From assembly GCA_902373435.1 (NCBI GenBank), contig CABKMD010000001.1, positions 20,500 to 84,499 of the forward strand: DNA of 64,000 bases, in the 5' to 3' direction. This document shows, in pieces, positions 33,336 to 45,038 of the stretch. The notes beneath the pieces were generated by a model. It ran no database searches. It was not told the DNA's origin and saw only the letters and a program-made list of their open reading frames with translations. Source of the DNA: an uncultured Actinomyces sp. Its GTDB lineage: Bacteria; Actinomycetota; Actinomycetes; Actinomycetales; Actinomycetaceae. Within the stretch, counting starts at the first letter, position 1, and each line of letters opens with the position of its first letter. A program made the position numbers and the translations under genes.

Positions 33336-36287
33336 ATGCTTTCCATCAACTGGTCTGATGTGTGGAAGATGGTTGAGTCGATCAAGGTGCCCTTGATCGT
33401 CATTGGCGTGGCGCTGGCGCTCGCCATCATCGTCTCCCTCGCTGTTTTCAAGATGGGCAAGCCTGCCCGCAAGCTGACGCGCTCGACGGCCTGGATCGCG
33501 GCGCTCGTCGCGGTCGTCGTGGCCGTCGTGTCGATGATGTACGGCGGCTTCAAGACGGTGCTCGACCTGGCGGCCGGCACCGGCGCCCTCACGGATGCGT
33601 CAAAGGCCCAGGTCGAGGATCTGGGCAACGACATTTCTGACGAGGGCATGGTCCTCCTGAAAAATCAGGGCGGTGCCCTGCCTCTTGCCAAGGGCTCCGC
33701 GATCAACGTGTGGGGATGGGGTTCGACGAACCCGATCTACGGCGGCACCGGCTCCGGCTCGCTGTCGAAGGACAACCCGACGACGACCCTGCTTGATGGC
33801 CTGCACAACGTCGGCTTTGCCACGAACGACGAGCTGACGAACCTATACACCTCCTACCGCGCTGAGCGTCCCGAGGTCGGCATGTTCAAGGCCGACTGGT
33901 CGCTGCCCGAGCCCACGCAGGACAAGTACTCTGACGACCTGCTCTCCAACGCCACCTCCTTCGGTGACACTGCGGTCGTGACGATCGCCCGCTCGGGCGG
34001 CGAGGGCTTCGACCTGCCGCGCAACGTCAACCAGGAGATGGCGGACAACCCGTACTTCAGCTACACGAACAACTCCGAGGAATACACGGACTTCGAGGAC
34101 GGCCAGGGCTACCTCGAGCTGACGCGTCCCGAAAAGGACATGATTGAGCTGGCGAAGAAGACCTCGGACAAGACGATTGTCGTCATTAATGCCGCCAACG
34201 CCTTCCAGCTGGGCGACCTCCAGGACGACCCGGAGATCGACGCGATCGTGTGGGCGATCCCCGGCGGCCAGGTTGGATTCAACGCGCTGGGGCGCATCCT
34301 GGACGGCGAGGTTAACCCCTCGGCCAAGACCCCCGACACCTTCCCGCGTGACATCAAGGCTGGCCCCGCGGCCAACAACTTCGGCGACTTCCAGTACATG
34401 AACATGACGGAGTTCGCCCAGGACGACCCCTTCAACAAGGGCACCCAGACGCAGCCGTCCTTCGTCAACTACAACGACTCGATCTACGTCGGCTACCGCT
34501 GGTACGAGACGGCCGCCGCTGAGGGCGTCATCGACTACAGCAACGAGGTCGTCTACCCCTTCGGCTATGGCCTGTCCTACACGACGTTCTCCCAGTCGAT
34601 GAGCGACATCTCGGTCGACGAGGCCACGGGTGCCATGTCCGCGGACGTGACCGTCACTAACACGGGCCAGGGCGCCGGTAAGGACATCGTCCAGATCTAC
34701 GACAACCCGCCCTACACGGACGGTGGCATCGAAAAGGCTTCCGCGAACCTGCTGTCGTACGAGAAGACGAAGCTGCTGGGGCCCGGTGAATCCCAGACGC
34801 TGACGGTCACCTGGAACCGCGATTCACTTGCCTCCTACGACGCGGTCAATGCCAAGGCATACGTGCTCGAGGCTGGCGACTACAAGATCTCCGCGCGTAC
34901 CAACTCGCACGACGTCATCGACGAGAAAGCGTACACGGTGGATGCGACGCAGACATTCAATACCGCCGACAACACGCACGACGGTGACAAGGTCGTGGCC
35001 ACCAACCAGTTCGACGACGCGAAGGGGGACATCACCTACCTGTCGCGCGCGGGCCGCTTTGCCAACCTCGCGGAGGCGACTGCAGCCCCCACGAACTTTG
35101 AGATGAGCGAGGCCAACAAGGCGAAGTTCCTCGCGACGTCGAACTACGACGCGGCAGCCGCCGACGCTGACGCCAGCGCGACGATGCCCAACACGGGCGC
35201 CAAGAACGGCCTTGTCCTGGGTGATCTCGCTGGCCTCGATTACGACGATCCGAAGTGGGACCAGCTTCTCGACCAGCTGACCGTCAAGGACATGAACACC
35301 CTCGTCTCCAAGGGTGGCTACGGCTCCCCGGCGATCTCCTCGATCGGCAAGCTGCGCGTCTCCGACGTGGACGGCCCCGCCTCGCTAAACAACAACTTCA
35401 CGGGTGTCGGCTCGATCGGCCTGCCCTCCGCCGTGTCCGTTGCGGCCACCTTCAACAAGGAGCTCGCGCGTTCCTTCGGTGACGCGATCGGCACGATGGC
35501 GCACGACATGCAGGTCTCTGGCTGGTACGCGCCGGCCACGAACACGCACCGCTACGCCTACGCGGGCCGTAACTTCGAGTACTTCTCGGAGGACCCGGTC
35601 CTGGCCGGCTCGCAGGTCGCCGAGGAAATTAAGGGTGCCCAGGCGAAGGGTGTGTACGCCTTCCTCAAGCACTTCGCGCTTAACGATCAGGAAACGAACC
35701 GCACGCACATGCTGGCGACCTGGACGAACGAGCAGGCGATGCGCGAGATCTACCTGCGTCCCTTCGAGATCGGCGTCAAGGACGGCGGTGCACACGCGAT
35801 TATGAGCGCGTTCAACTACATCGGCCCTCAGTACGCGGGTGCAAACTCTGCGCTGCTGAATACTGTCCTGCGCGACGAGTGGGGCTTCCGCGGCATGGTC
35901 CTCACCGACTACTTCGCGGGCTATGGCTACCAGAACGCGGACCAGATTACGCGTCACGGTGGTGACATGATGCTGGCCACGCTCGACATGCCGATCGCAA
36001 CGGTCAACGTGCAGGATGCAACGGGCGTGAGCTCTCTGCGACGCGCATCGCACAACATCCTGTACACGGTCGCGAACTCGTGGATCTATGAGAACGGCCA
36101 GCCCGAGGTCACCCGCAATGCGTGGGAGTACATCACCTGGGTGGTGGCAGGCGCAGCGATCCTGGCGCTGCTCGGACTTGAGCTGGTCGCGATCCGTCGC
36201 TACCGCGCTCGAAAGGCTGAGGCTGTGATTACCGTCGAGCCCAACGCTTCGATCGGCGAGGCCGGGGCTGAGAAGGCGGACGAGTGA
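33336..36287 (+). CDS. Glycoside hydrolase family 3 (beta-glucosidase/beta-N-acetylhexosaminidase-related) with an N-terminal membrane anchor. Its domain order appears permuted.
   Basis: N-terminal TM helix. GH3 (alpha/beta)-sandwich-like region (LLKNQGGALPL) precedes the GH3 barrel signature LKHFALNDQETNR and GFRGMVLTD. Confidence 0.8.
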   Translation: MLSINWSDVWKMVESIKVPLIVIGVALALAIIVSLAVFKMGKPARKLTRSTAWIAALVAVVVAVVSMMYGGFKTVLDLAAGTGALTDASKAQVEDLGNDISDEGMVLLKNQGGALPLAKGSAINVWGWGSTNPIYGGTGSGSLSKDNPTTTLLDGLHNVGFATNDELTNLYTSYRAERPEVGMFKADWSLPEPTQDKYSDDLLSNATSFGDTAVVTIARSGGEGFDLPRNVNQEMADNPYFSYTNNSEEYTDFEDGQGYLELTRPEKDMIELAKKTSDKTIVVINAANAFQLGDLQDDPEIDAIVWAIPGGQVGFNALGRILDGEVNPSAKTPDTFPRDIKAGPAANNFGDFQYMNMTEFAQDDPFNKGTQTQPSFVNYNDSIYVGYRWYETAAAEGVIDYSNEVVYPFGYGLSYTTFSQSMSDISVDEATGAMSADVTVTNTGQGAGKDIVQIYDNPPYTDGGIEKASANLLSYEKTKLLGPGESQTLTVTWNRDSLASYDAVNAKAYVLEAGDYKISARTNSHDVIDEKAYTVDATQTFNTADNTHDGDKVVATNQFDDAKGDITYLSRAGRFANLAEATAAPTNFEMSEANKAKFLATSNYDAAAADADASATMPNTGAKNGLVLGDLAGLDYDDPKWDQLLDQLTVKDMNTLVSKGGYGSPAISSIGKLRVSDVDGPASLNNNFTGVGSIGLPSAVSVAATFNKELARSFGDAIGTMAHDMQVSGWYAPATNTHRYAYAGRNFEYFSEDPVLAGSQVAEEIKGAQAKGVYAFLKHFALNDQETNRTHMLATWTNEQAMREIYLRPFEIGVKDGGAHAIMSAFNYIGPQYAGANSALLNTVLRDEWGFRGMVLTDYFAGYGYQNADQITRHGGDMMLATLDMPIATVNVQDATGVSSLRRASHNILYTVANSWIYENGQPEVTRNAWEYITWVVAGAAILALLGLELVAIRRYRARKAEAVITVEPNASIGEAGAEKADE

Positions 36288-36355
36288 CCGAACCGGGAAT
36301 AACCGGATGGAGCATGATCCCAGGGTGGCACTAAGTATCCCCCACCCGTGGGGGA

Positions 36356-36385
36356 GGGGCCCGCAGGCAAGCGCCTGCGGGCCCC
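36356..36385 (+). terminator. GC-rich hairpin (ggggcccgcaggc aagc gcctgcgggcccc) after the GH3 gene. There is no clear U-tract.
   Basis: Perfect 13-bp stem read directly. Confidence 0.4.
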
Positions 36386-36795
36386 TCTGCGTGCCTGTTC
36401 GTGCGCGTACATGTGGCGCACGGTGGGCGCTCCGACAGCGTTGACAAGGGTGCCTGCGGCACCCCGCAAACGACATGTGGTCCCGGTCGTCTGCACCGGC
36501 CTCGTCGATGAGGAAGGAACCACAATGCGCCCCCTTTGACGAATGGTCCCGTTTCCCACTATCCTTGAAGGCGGTTCCCGCTTCTGTGGAACCTCTGTGC
36601 CCGGGAAACCGGGAGCGGGCTCCGTCCGTCGGAGCTCCGGGCGTCATTCTCTGACCCTCGTGGTTATCATGGCGCGCCGGCCCCCAGGCGGACACGTGTG
36701 CCCACACGGGGGTGAACGCAGTCGCGGAAGACTGACAATCAGGGCCGCCCCTTGAAGCGAGGGGAGGCCGCCGACGGAAAGAAACTGGAGACCCA

Positions 36796-37170
36796 GTGCC
36801 TACCATTCAGCAGCTCGTCCGCAAGGGACGTGTCTCGAAGCGCGCGAAGGTGAAGACCCCCGCGCTGAAGGGCTCCCCCCAGCGTCGCGGCGTGTGCACC
36901 CGTGTGTACACCACTACGCCGAAGAAGCCGAACTCGGCTCTGCGAAAGGTCGCTCGTGTGCGCCTTTCGTCCGGCATCGAAGTCACCGCCTACATTCCCG
37001 GTGAGGGTCACAACCTGCAGGAGCACTCGATCGTGCTCGTGCGCGGTGGCCGTGTGAAGGACCTGCCCGGCGTGCGTTACCGCATCGTCCGCGGCTCGCT
37101 CGACACCCAGGGTGTCCGCGGCCGTCAGCAGGCTCGTTCCCGTTACGGCGCGAAGAAGGAGAAGAAGTAA
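36796..37170 (+). CDS. rpsL: 30S ribosomal protein S12.
   Basis: Near-identical to actinobacterial S12 ([11 protein letters not shown]...[16 protein letters not shown]). K43 and K88 are wild-type. GTG start. Confidence 0.97.
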   Translation: MPTIQQLVRKGRVSKRAKVKTPALKGSPQRRGVCTRVYTTTPKKPNSALRKVARVRLSSGIEVTAYIPGEGHNLQEHSIVLVRGGRVKDLPGVRYRIVRGSLDTQGVRGRQQARSRYGAKKEKK

Positions 37171-37640
37171 TGCCTCGTAAGGGCCCCGCTCCCCGTCGCC
37201 CCCTCGTCGATGACCCGGTTTACGGCTCCAAGGTCGTGACCCAGCTGGTCAACCGCGTTCTCCTCGACGGCAAGAAGACCGTCGCCGAGCGCATCGTCTA
37301 TGGCGCACTTGAAACCGTTCGCGAGCGCACCGAGCAGGAGCCCGTCTCCGTGCTCAAGCGCGCTCTTGAGAACATTCGTCCGGCCCTCGAGGTCCGCTCC
37401 CGCCGTGTCGGTGGCGCGACCTACCAGGTCCCCGTCGAGGTTCGCCCCTCGCGCGCCACGACGCTGGCCCTGCGCTGGCTAGTCGACTTCTCGCGGCAGC
37501 GTCGCGAGAAGACCATGACCGAGCGTCTCGCCAACGAGATCCTCGACGCCTCCAACGGCCTTGGTGCCGCTGTGAAGCGCCGTGAGGACATGCACAAGAT
37601 GGCTGAGTCCAACCGCGCCTTCGCGCACTACCGCTGGTGA
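37170..37640 (+). CDS. rpsG: 30S ribosomal protein S7.
   Basis: [12 protein letters not shown]... S7 signature. The ATG overlaps the rpsL stop. Confidence 0.97.
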   Translation: MPRKGPAPRRPLVDDPVYGSKVVTQLVNRVLLDGKKTVAERIVYGALETVRERTEQEPVSVLKRALENIRPALEVRSRRVGGATYQVPVEVRPSRATTLALRWLVDFSRQRREKTMTERLANEILDASNGLGAAVKRREDMHKMAESNRAFAHYRW

Positions 37641-37720
37641 TTTAAAGACGAGGCCTGGGCAACCGGGCCTCGTCTCACGCAGCTTTCACACCCATTACTT
37701 CGAACGAAGGAACCACACTC

Positions 37721-39844
37721 GTGGCACTAGAGGTGCTGACGGATCTCAACAAGGTCCGCAACATTGGCATCATGGCTCACATCGATGCCGGCAAGACGAC
37801 CGTGACCGAACGAATCCTGTTCTACACGGGCATCAACTACAAGATCGGCGAGACGCACGATGGCGCCTCGACGACCGACTGGATGGAACAGGAAAAGGAA
37901 CGCGGCATCACGATTACGTCCGCCGCCGTTACCTCTTTCTGGAACGGTAACCAGATCAACATCATTGACACCCCCGGTCACGTTGACTTCACCGTTGAGG
38001 TTGAGCGCTCCCTGCGCGTCCTCGACGGCGCTGTCGCCGTGTTCGACGGCAAGGAGGGCGTTGAGCCCCAGTCCGAGACCGTGTGGCGTCAGGCCGACAA
38101 GTACGACGTCCCGCGTATCTGCTTCATCAACAAGATGGACAAGATGGGCGCCGACTTCTACTTCTCGGTTGGTACCATCCGCGACCGCCTGCACGCGACC
38201 CCTATCGTCATGCAGCTCCCGATGGGTGCCGAGAGCGACTTCGTCGGCAACATCGACCTGCTGACCATGGAGGCCCTGACCTACCCGGCCAAGGACGACA
38301 AGGGCAACGATACGCTCGGCTCCATCGTCGAGCGCGGCCCGATTCCCGCTGAGTACCAGGAAAAGGCTGAAGAGTACCGCGAGGCGCTCGTTGAGGCCGC
38401 CGCCGAGGGCTCCGACGAGCTGACCGAGGCCTACCTGGAGAACGGCGAACTCACGCTCGAGCAGATCAAGGAAGGCATCCGCCTCCTGACCATCTCCTCG
38501 CGCGCGTTCCCCGTCTACTGCGGTACCGCTCTGCGTAACATGGGCGTGCAGCCCGTCCTCGACGCCGTCGTGGACTTCCTGCCCTCCCCGCTCGACGTCG
38601 GCGATGTTCACGGCTTCCTCCCCGGTTCTGAGACCGAGGAAGAGACCGAGGTTCGTAAGCCCAACGAGAACGAGCCTTTCTCCGCTCTGGCGTTCAAGAT
38701 CGCCGCTCACCCCTTCTACGGCAAGCTCACCTTCATCCGCGTGTACTCCGGCAAGGTTGAGTCCGGCGCCCAGGTCCTCAACTCGACCAAGGGTAAGAAG
38801 GAGCGCATCGGCAAGATCTTCCAGATGCACTCGAACAAGGAGAACCCCGTCGAGGTGGCGCACGCTGGCCACATCTACGCGGTGATCGGCCTCAAGGACA
38901 CCACGACCGGCGACACCCTGTCCGCGATGGACAAGCCGATCGTCCTCGAGTCGATGACGTTCCCCGCCCCCGTTATCAAGGTTGCCGTCGAGCCCAAGTC
39001 GAAGGCCGACCAGGAGAAGATGGGCGTCGCCATCCAGAAGCTGGCGGAAGAGGACCCGACGTTCACCGTCGAGCTCGACGCCGAGACCGGCCAGACCATC
39101 ATCGGTGGTATGGGTGAGCTCCACCTCGACATCATCGTCGACCGTATGCGTCGCGAGTTCAAGGTCGAGGCCAACGTGGGTAACCCGATGGTTGCCTACC
39201 GTGAGACCATCCGCAAGGCGGTCGACAAGTACGAATACACGCACAAGAAGCAGACCGGTGGTTCCGGTCAGTTCGCGCGTGTCATCATCGCCCTGGAGCC
39301 CCTCCCGGCTGACTCTGAGGAAGAGTACATGTTCGAGGACAAGGTCACCGGTGGCCGCGTTCCTCGCGAGTACATCCCGTCGGTCGACGCGGGCATCAAG
39401 GACGCCATGCAGTCCGGCGTTCTCGCCGGCTACCCGATGGTTGACATCAAGGCCACGCTGCTCGACGGCGCCTACCACGAGGTTGACTCCTCCGAAATGG
39501 CGTTCAAGGTTGCTGGCTCGATGGCGCTGAAGGAAGCTGCTAAGAAGGCTAGCCCCGTCCTCCTCGAGCCGATCATGGCCGTTGAGGTTCGTACTCCCGA
39601 GGAGTACATGGGCGATGTCATCGGCGACCTCAACTCTCGCCGTGGCCAGATCTCGTCGATGGACGAGCAGCACGGCGTGCGCGTCGTCAAGGCTCAGGTC
39701 CCGCTGTCCGAGATGTTCGGATACGTGGGCGACCTGCGCTCCAAGACGCAGGGCCGCGCTGTCTACTCCATGGAGTTCGACAGCTACGCCGAGGTTCCGC
39801 GCGCCGTTGCGGACGAGATCGTCGGCAAGTCTCGGGGCAACTGA
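37721..39844 (+). CDS. fusA: Elongation factor G.
   Basis: G-domain motifs [21 protein letters not shown] and collinearity with EF-G. GTG start. Confidence 0.97.
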   Translation: MALEVLTDLNKVRNIGIMAHIDAGKTTVTERILFYTGINYKIGETHDGASTTDWMEQEKERGITITSAAVTSFWNGNQINIIDTPGHVDFTVEVERSLRVLDGAVAVFDGKEGVEPQSETVWRQADKYDVPRICFINKMDKMGADFYFSVGTIRDRLHATPIVMQLPMGAESDFVGNIDLLTMEALTYPAKDDKGNDTLGSIVERGPIPAEYQEKAEEYREALVEAAAEGSDELTEAYLENGELTLEQIKEGIRLLTISSRAFPVYCGTALRNMGVQPVLDAVVDFLPSPLDVGDVHGFLPGSETEEETEVRKPNENEPFSALAFKIAAHPFYGKLTFIRVYSGKVESGAQVLNSTKGKKERIGKIFQMHSNKENPVEVAHAGHIYAVIGLKDTTTGDTLSAMDKPIVLESMTFPAPVIKVAVEPKSKADQEKMGVAIQKLAEEDPTFTVELDAETGQTIIGGMGELHLDIIVDRMRREFKVEANVGNPMVAYRETIRKAVDKYEYTHKKQTGGSGQFARVIIALEPLPADSEEEYMFEDKVTGGRVPREYIPSVDAGIKDAMQSGVLAGYPMVDIKATLLDGAYHEVDSSEMAFKVAGSMALKEAAKKASPVLLEPIMAVEVRTPEEYMGDVIGDLNSRRGQISSMDEQHGVRVVKAQVPLSEMFGYVGDLRSKTQGRAVYSMEFDSYAEVPRAVADEIVGKSRGN

Positions 39845-39991
39845 GTCCCACCGGGGGCTCGTGGGGCAGGGTGACCTGCCCTGCGAGCCGCCTCACACAC
39901 AAGTAAACCCAGTAGGTCTCAAGCCCCAGGGGTGTTAAAGTGGCACCTAGCCGTAGGCTGAGAATATCTACCCGAGTCCAGGAGGACACAA

Positions 39992-41179
<1,188 letters not shown>

Positions 41180-41230
41180 GCTGATTCAAGCACATGCCTG
41201 ATTCCCTGATCTTCTGATCACGCGGCTTCA

Positions 41231-41268
41231 GGGAGTCCGCACCCGTCAGGGTGCGGACTCCCTTTTTG
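41231..41268 (+). terminator. Rho-independent terminator of tuf: gggagtccgcaccc gtca gggtgcggactccc followed by tttttgtg.
   Basis: Perfect 14-bp stem plus T-tract, read directly. Confidence 0.85.
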
Positions 41269-41374
41269 TGTATACGGGATGGACGGAACTGGGTGCATGT
41301 CGAATATGTGAGGTGGAAAAACGTGTGTTCGCTGGAGTGTGCTGACAGTATGTGGGGTGCATGCGGTCAAGTCC

Positions 41375-42614
41375 GGGTTATAGGACAAACGTGTTGGTTT
41401 TGTGGTGATTTTTCGGCTTTTTGGTGGGGGAAAATCCACAGTGAAGTTGGTTGTTTCATCGTGGGGGTATGAATACCCCCAAATGCCCGACGTGCGGGCG
41501 AGTGATGACCAGGTATGGGCACTTAGCGTCAGGGGCGCAGCGATGGCGCTGCTTCCTGTGCAATATCAGCCAGGTCAGCCGCATTAATTCCACGGCGAAG
41601 CATCTTGATGAATTCTTGTCCTGGCTGCTCAGTGGGCGCCGTCAGGCGGATTTGCCTGGCGGGGGCCGCTCGTTTCGTCGGTGTTGTGAGCCGTTGTGGC
41701 AGTTATGGCCTGTCAGCCCGATCATCGATGAGGTTCATGACGTCATCTTCGTCGATGGTATCCACCTGGGCCGATGCGCTGTGGTTCTCATCGCCCAAAG
41801 TCCCGATCATGTGCTGGGCTGGTACGCGGCTCGGAGTGAGAATTCGCGGGCCTGGGGTGCGCTCATGAGCCGGATCGCGCCCCGGCCATGGTGGTCACTG
41901 ACGGGGGCAGTGGGTTCGCGACAGCATGCACGAAGGTCTGGCCTGCCACGCGCGTCCAGCGCTGCACCTTCCATGCGTATTGCCGTATTCGCCAAGCCAC
42001 CACGACGCGCCCCAAACTGGTGGCCTCGCGACGCTTATACGCTCTTGGGTAACAACTCCTTGCGTGTAGAGGACCCAGAAGATGCTCAGGTATGGATAGG
42101 TGCCTACCAGGCCTGGTGCACGCGCTGGAAGGGCTTCCTGGAGGAGAAAACACGCAGACCTGACGGAGGGTGGGAATACACCCATGACAGGCTCGTTCGG
42201 GCTCGTAACAGCCTCAGCAAACTCATCAGGCAAGGCTTGTTGTTCACGTACCTGAACCCCACCTGGGACCACCCGATGCCCTCAACAACCAACCAGATCG
42301 AAAGCACGAACGCCCAATTGCGCCAGATGCTGCGCGACCACCGCGGCATGCGCTTGACCCGACGCATGAAAGCCGTGTTCTGGTGGTGCTACACCCACTC
42401 TCCGCGCCCCCAGCCAGCAGCAACAATCCTGGCCACCATGCCCACCGACGCAGCCCTCAAAAACGCCTGGTACCACGCCAGCCACACCCACCAAGCCACC
42501 GCCACCATCCCCGGCTGAGGCGACGCAATCTGCTGAAACGAACTCCACCACACCACCCCCTACCACAACACCTGGGACTAACCCCTCAACCAACACGTTT
42601 TGTCCTATAACCCC
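41375..42614 (+). mobile_element. Insertion sequence of about 1.24 kb, IS256 family (IS1249 group), bounded by approximately 25-bp imperfect inverted repeats (left gggttataggacaaacgtgttggtt; right complement ggggttataggacaaaacgtgttggtt).
   Basis: Terminal IRs found by eye at 41375-41399 and 42588-42614. A single transposase ORF lies inside. It is inserted between the tuf terminator and the S10 operon leader. Confidence 0.6.
41469..42518 (+). CDS. IS1249-group transposase with an N-terminal zinc-ribbon (CPTCG...CFLC).
   Basis: Zinc-ribbon N-terminus, DDE-type core and TNQIESTNAQLRQM motif. The listed ORF starts at TTG 41451. ATG 41469 lies in a small palindrome (gggggtatgaataccccc). Confidence 0.7.
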   Translation: MNTPKCPTCGRVMTRYGHLASGAQRWRCFLCNISQVSRINSTAKHLDEFLSWLLSGRRQADLPGGGRSFRRCCEPLWQLWPVSPIIDEVHDVIFVDGIHLGRCAVVLIAQSPDHVLGWYAARSENSRAWGALMSRIAPRPWWSLTGAVGSRQHARRSGLPRASSAAPSMRIAVFAKPPRRAPNWWPRDAYTLLGNNSLRVEDPEDAQVWIGAYQAWCTRWKGFLEEKTRRPDGGWEYTHDRLVRARNSLSKLIRQGLLFTYLNPTWDHPMPSTTNQIESTNAQLRQMLRDHRGMRLTRRMKAVFWWCYTHSPRPQPAATILATMPTDAALKNAWYHASHTHQATATIPG

Positions 42615-42668
42615 ACTTTTCCTTGATATTTAAGATCTTGAGGGCTGTTGCCGCTCTTGTGTTTTGCT

Positions 42669-42836
42669 ATGAATCTTGGGGAAGAAAGCAAGCCGGCTCC
42701 TAAGGATGGCAAGCCCGGAATGCAGAACACCAAGATCGCTCGCACCGGTTCCGATGCCCTCGTGATCGGTGGCGCATCTGCAGCCATGCTGCTGGCTGGC
42801 GCCGGAGCAGTTGCTCTGCGTCGTCGTAACGCCTGA
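42669..42836 (+). CDS. Small ORF (55-62 aa) whose C-terminus resembles a sortase cell-wall sorting signal (KIARTGS + hydrophobic helix + RRRNA) but lacks an N-terminal signal peptide. It may be a gene remnant or a novel small protein.
   Basis: High-GC3 codon usage, and its own rho-independent terminator 40 nt downstream. It begins 55 nt after the right IR of the IS (42614). Confidence 0.3.
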   Translation: MNLGEESKPAPKDGKPGMQNTKIARTGSDALVIGGASAAMLLAGAGAVALRRRNA

Positions 42837-42876
42837 AACTAATCTGACAGTGCTTCGGGCACTGAACGAGACCCTC

Positions 42877-42919
42877 CTGTGGGGTGGAAGCGCACGCTTC
42901 CACCCCACAGGAATTTTTA
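42877..42919 (+). terminator. Rho-independent terminator: ctgtggggtggaag cgcacg cttccaccccacag followed by gaattttta.
   Basis: Perfect 14-bp stem read directly, with a short T-run. Confidence 0.6.
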
Positions 42920-42929
42920 TCCCCTCCCA

Positions 42930-43405
42930 TCGATATTGTTGAATGGGAGAGGGCGAATAAAAGCGTTGAAATGTGAAGAGCTGTAGTGATAGCGCTCGTC
43001 ACATATGAGCGGCTAAAAGCTGAAATTCCGCCTGAAACATATATGGGCGTGACCTATCTGACTTTGCGACACGCCCGAGTGCGGTGTACGGTGGTCAATC
43101 GGTGCGTAGTGCATCTCCTCGCGGAGCGCTGCCTGCGAACCATGCCGCCCCTATCGGAGGATTCACACGCTTTCATTGGCTCTCGAGCTTGGTGAAAACG
43201 GCGAAGATCTGACAAAATGGGACGGTTGCCCCGCAGAGTCGGGGCGGTCTGCATGTGCCATCATGTGCAGGCCGGGCAAAATGCCCAAGATCTTTGGACA
43301 AGACACCGGTTCTCACACTGGGAACAGTGGGTATGTGTGCGTCGCATGCGACACGCCCGAACGCGGGGATCGGTGCCGAATCTGTACGAGAAGAGGTAAG
43401 ACGGC
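42930..43405 (+). promoter_or_regulatory. Roughly 480-nt non-coding leader/promoter region of the S10 ribosomal-protein operon (site of autogenous L4-type control in other bacteria).
   Basis: No convincing coding signal. It lies directly 5' of rpsJ. The single listed ORF here (42986-43195) has poor codon usage. Confidence 0.35.
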
Positions 43406-43714
43406 ATGGCGGGACAGAAGATCCGCATCCGGCTCAAGTCGTATGACCACGAGGTCATCGACAGCTCCGCGCGCAAGATCGTGGACACCGTACAGCGTGC
43501 TGGCGCCACGGTCGTGGGCCCGGTGCCGCTGCCGACCGAGAAGAACGTTTTCGTCGTTATTCGGTCGCCCCACAAGTACAAGGACAGCCGCGAGCACTTT
43601 GAAATGCGCACGCACAAGCGGCTCATCGACATCATCGATCCGACCCCCAAGGCCGTCGACTCGCTCATGCGCCTCGACCTGCCTGCGGACGTCAACATCG
43701 AGATCAAGCTCTGA
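43406..43714 (+). CDS. rpsJ: 30S ribosomal protein S10.
   Basis: [26 protein letters not shown]... S10 signature. Confidence 0.97.
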   Translation: MAGQKIRIRLKSYDHEVIDSSARKIVDTVQRAGATVVGPVPLPTEKNVFVVIRSPHKYKDSREHFEMRTHKRLIDIIDPTPKAVDSLMRLDLPADVNIEIKL

Positions 43715-43725
43715 GGACATCTGCA

Positions 43726-44391
43726 ATGACTAACAAGAAGCAGCACGCTGGCGCGCCCATCAAGGCGCTGCTCGGCCGCAAGCTCGGCATGACCCAGGTC
43801 TGGGATGCCGACGGCCACCTCGTGCCCCTGACTGTCGTGCAGGTCGGCACCAACGTCGTCACCCAGCTTCGTACCGATGAGGTCGACGGCTACTCCGCTA
43901 TCCAGCTTGGCTTCGGTGAGATTGACTCCCGTAAGGTCACCAAGCCCCTCCAGGGCCACTTCGAGAAGGCCGGGGTTACCCCCCGTCGCCACCTCGTTGA
44001 GGTCCGCACCTCCGAGCATGACTCTTACGAGCTCGGCCAGGAAATCGACGCCACAACCTTCGAGGCTGGCGAAGGCGTCGACGTCTCCGGCACCACCAAG
44101 GGCAAGGGCTTTGCCGGCGTCATGAAGCGTCACGGCTTCGCTGGCGTTTCCGCCTCCCACGGTGCGCACCGCAACCACCGCAAGCCCGGCTCGATCGGTG
44201 CCTGCGCAACCCCCGGTCGCATCTTCAAGGGCCTGCGTATGGCCGGCCGCATGGGTGGCAACCGTCGTACTGTTCAGAACCTGACGATCCAGGCCGTGGA
44301 CGCCGAGAAGGGCCTGCTGCTTATCAGCGGCGCCATCCCGGGTCCGAAGAACGGCGTGGTCCTGGTTCGCTCCTCCGTGAAGGGTGCGTGA
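43726..44391 (+). CDS. rplC: 50S ribosomal protein L3.
   Basis: Sequence collinear with L3 ([10 protein letters not shown]...[11 protein letters not shown]). Confidence 0.97.
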   Translation: MTNKKQHAGAPIKALLGRKLGMTQVWDADGHLVPLTVVQVGTNVVTQLRTDEVDGYSAIQLGFGEIDSRKVTKPLQGHFEKAGVTPRRHLVEVRTSEHDSYELGQEIDATTFEAGEGVDVSGTTKGKGFAGVMKRHGFAGVSASHGAHRNHRKPGSIGACATPGRIFKGLRMAGRMGGNRRTVQNLTIQAVDAEKGLLLISGAIPGPKNGVVLVRSSVKGA

Positions 44392-44393
44392 TC

Positions 44394-45038
44394 ATGGCTG
44401 ACGATCGTAACGTTGACGTCATCGACCTGAAGGGCAAGAAGGCGGGTTCCGTCGTTCTCCCCGGTTCGATCTTTGACGTTCCCACCAACATTCCGCTGAT
44501 GCACCAGGTTGTCGTCGCTCAGCTTGCGGCCGCTCGTCAGGGCACGCACGCGACGAAGACCCGTGGTGAAGTCGCTGGCGGCGGCAAGAAGCCGTTCCGT
44601 CAGAAGGGCACCGGTAACGCTCGTCAGGGCTCCATCCGTGCGCCTCACTTCACCGGTGGTGGCATCGTCCACGGCCCTCAGCCGCGTGACTACGACCAGC
44701 GCACCCCCAAGAAGATGAAGCAGGGCGCTCTGCGTTCCGCTCTCTCCGACCGTGCGCGCGCCGACCGCATCCACGTTGTCACCGCTCTGTTCGAAGGTGA
44801 CAAGCCCTCGACCAAGGCTGCTCTCGCCGCTCTGTGCGCGATCGTCGAGGACCGTCAGGCTCTCGTCGTCCTTGAGCGTGGCAACGAACTGACCGCGCTG
44901 TCCCTGCGCAACGTTCCCGAGGTTCACGTCCTGTGGGCCGACCAGCTGAACACGTACGACGTCCTGGACGCCGATGATATCGTCTTCACGCAGGCCGCCC
45001 TTGAGTCCTTCCTCGGTACCAAGGAGGAGACCAAGTGA
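44394..45038 (+). CDS. rplD: 50S ribosomal protein L4.
   Basis: L4 signature [26 protein letters not shown]. The ATG lies just after the rplC stop. Confidence 0.95.
   Translation: MADDRNVDVIDLKGKKAGSVVLPGSIFDVPTNIPLMHQVVVAQLAAARQGTHATKTRGEVAGGGKKPFRQKGTGNARQGSIRAPHFTGGGIVHGPQPRDYDQRTPKKMKQGALRSALSDRARADRIHVVTALFEGDKPSTKAALAALCAIVEDRQALVVLERGNELTALSLRNVPEVHVLWADQLNTYDVLDADDIVFTQAALESFLGTKEETK

Noticed and set aside
35385-36806. 473-aa minus-strand ORF spanning the 3' end of the GH3 gene and the rpsL leader.
   Set aside because: It runs antisense to the GH3 coding sequence and through a non-coding leader. The product has no domain signature and an extreme Arg/Gly/His bias.
41402-41587. 61-aa ORF overlapping the transposase start in another frame, raising the possibility of a frameshifted two-ORF transposase.
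   Set aside because: IS1249-group transposases are single-ORF. The zinc-ribbon N-terminus and the DDE core are contiguous in one frame from ATG 41469.
42986-43195. 69-aa ORF in the S10 leader.
   Set aside because: Poor codon usage for this genome and no RBS. The region is better interpreted as the long untranslated S10 operon leader.
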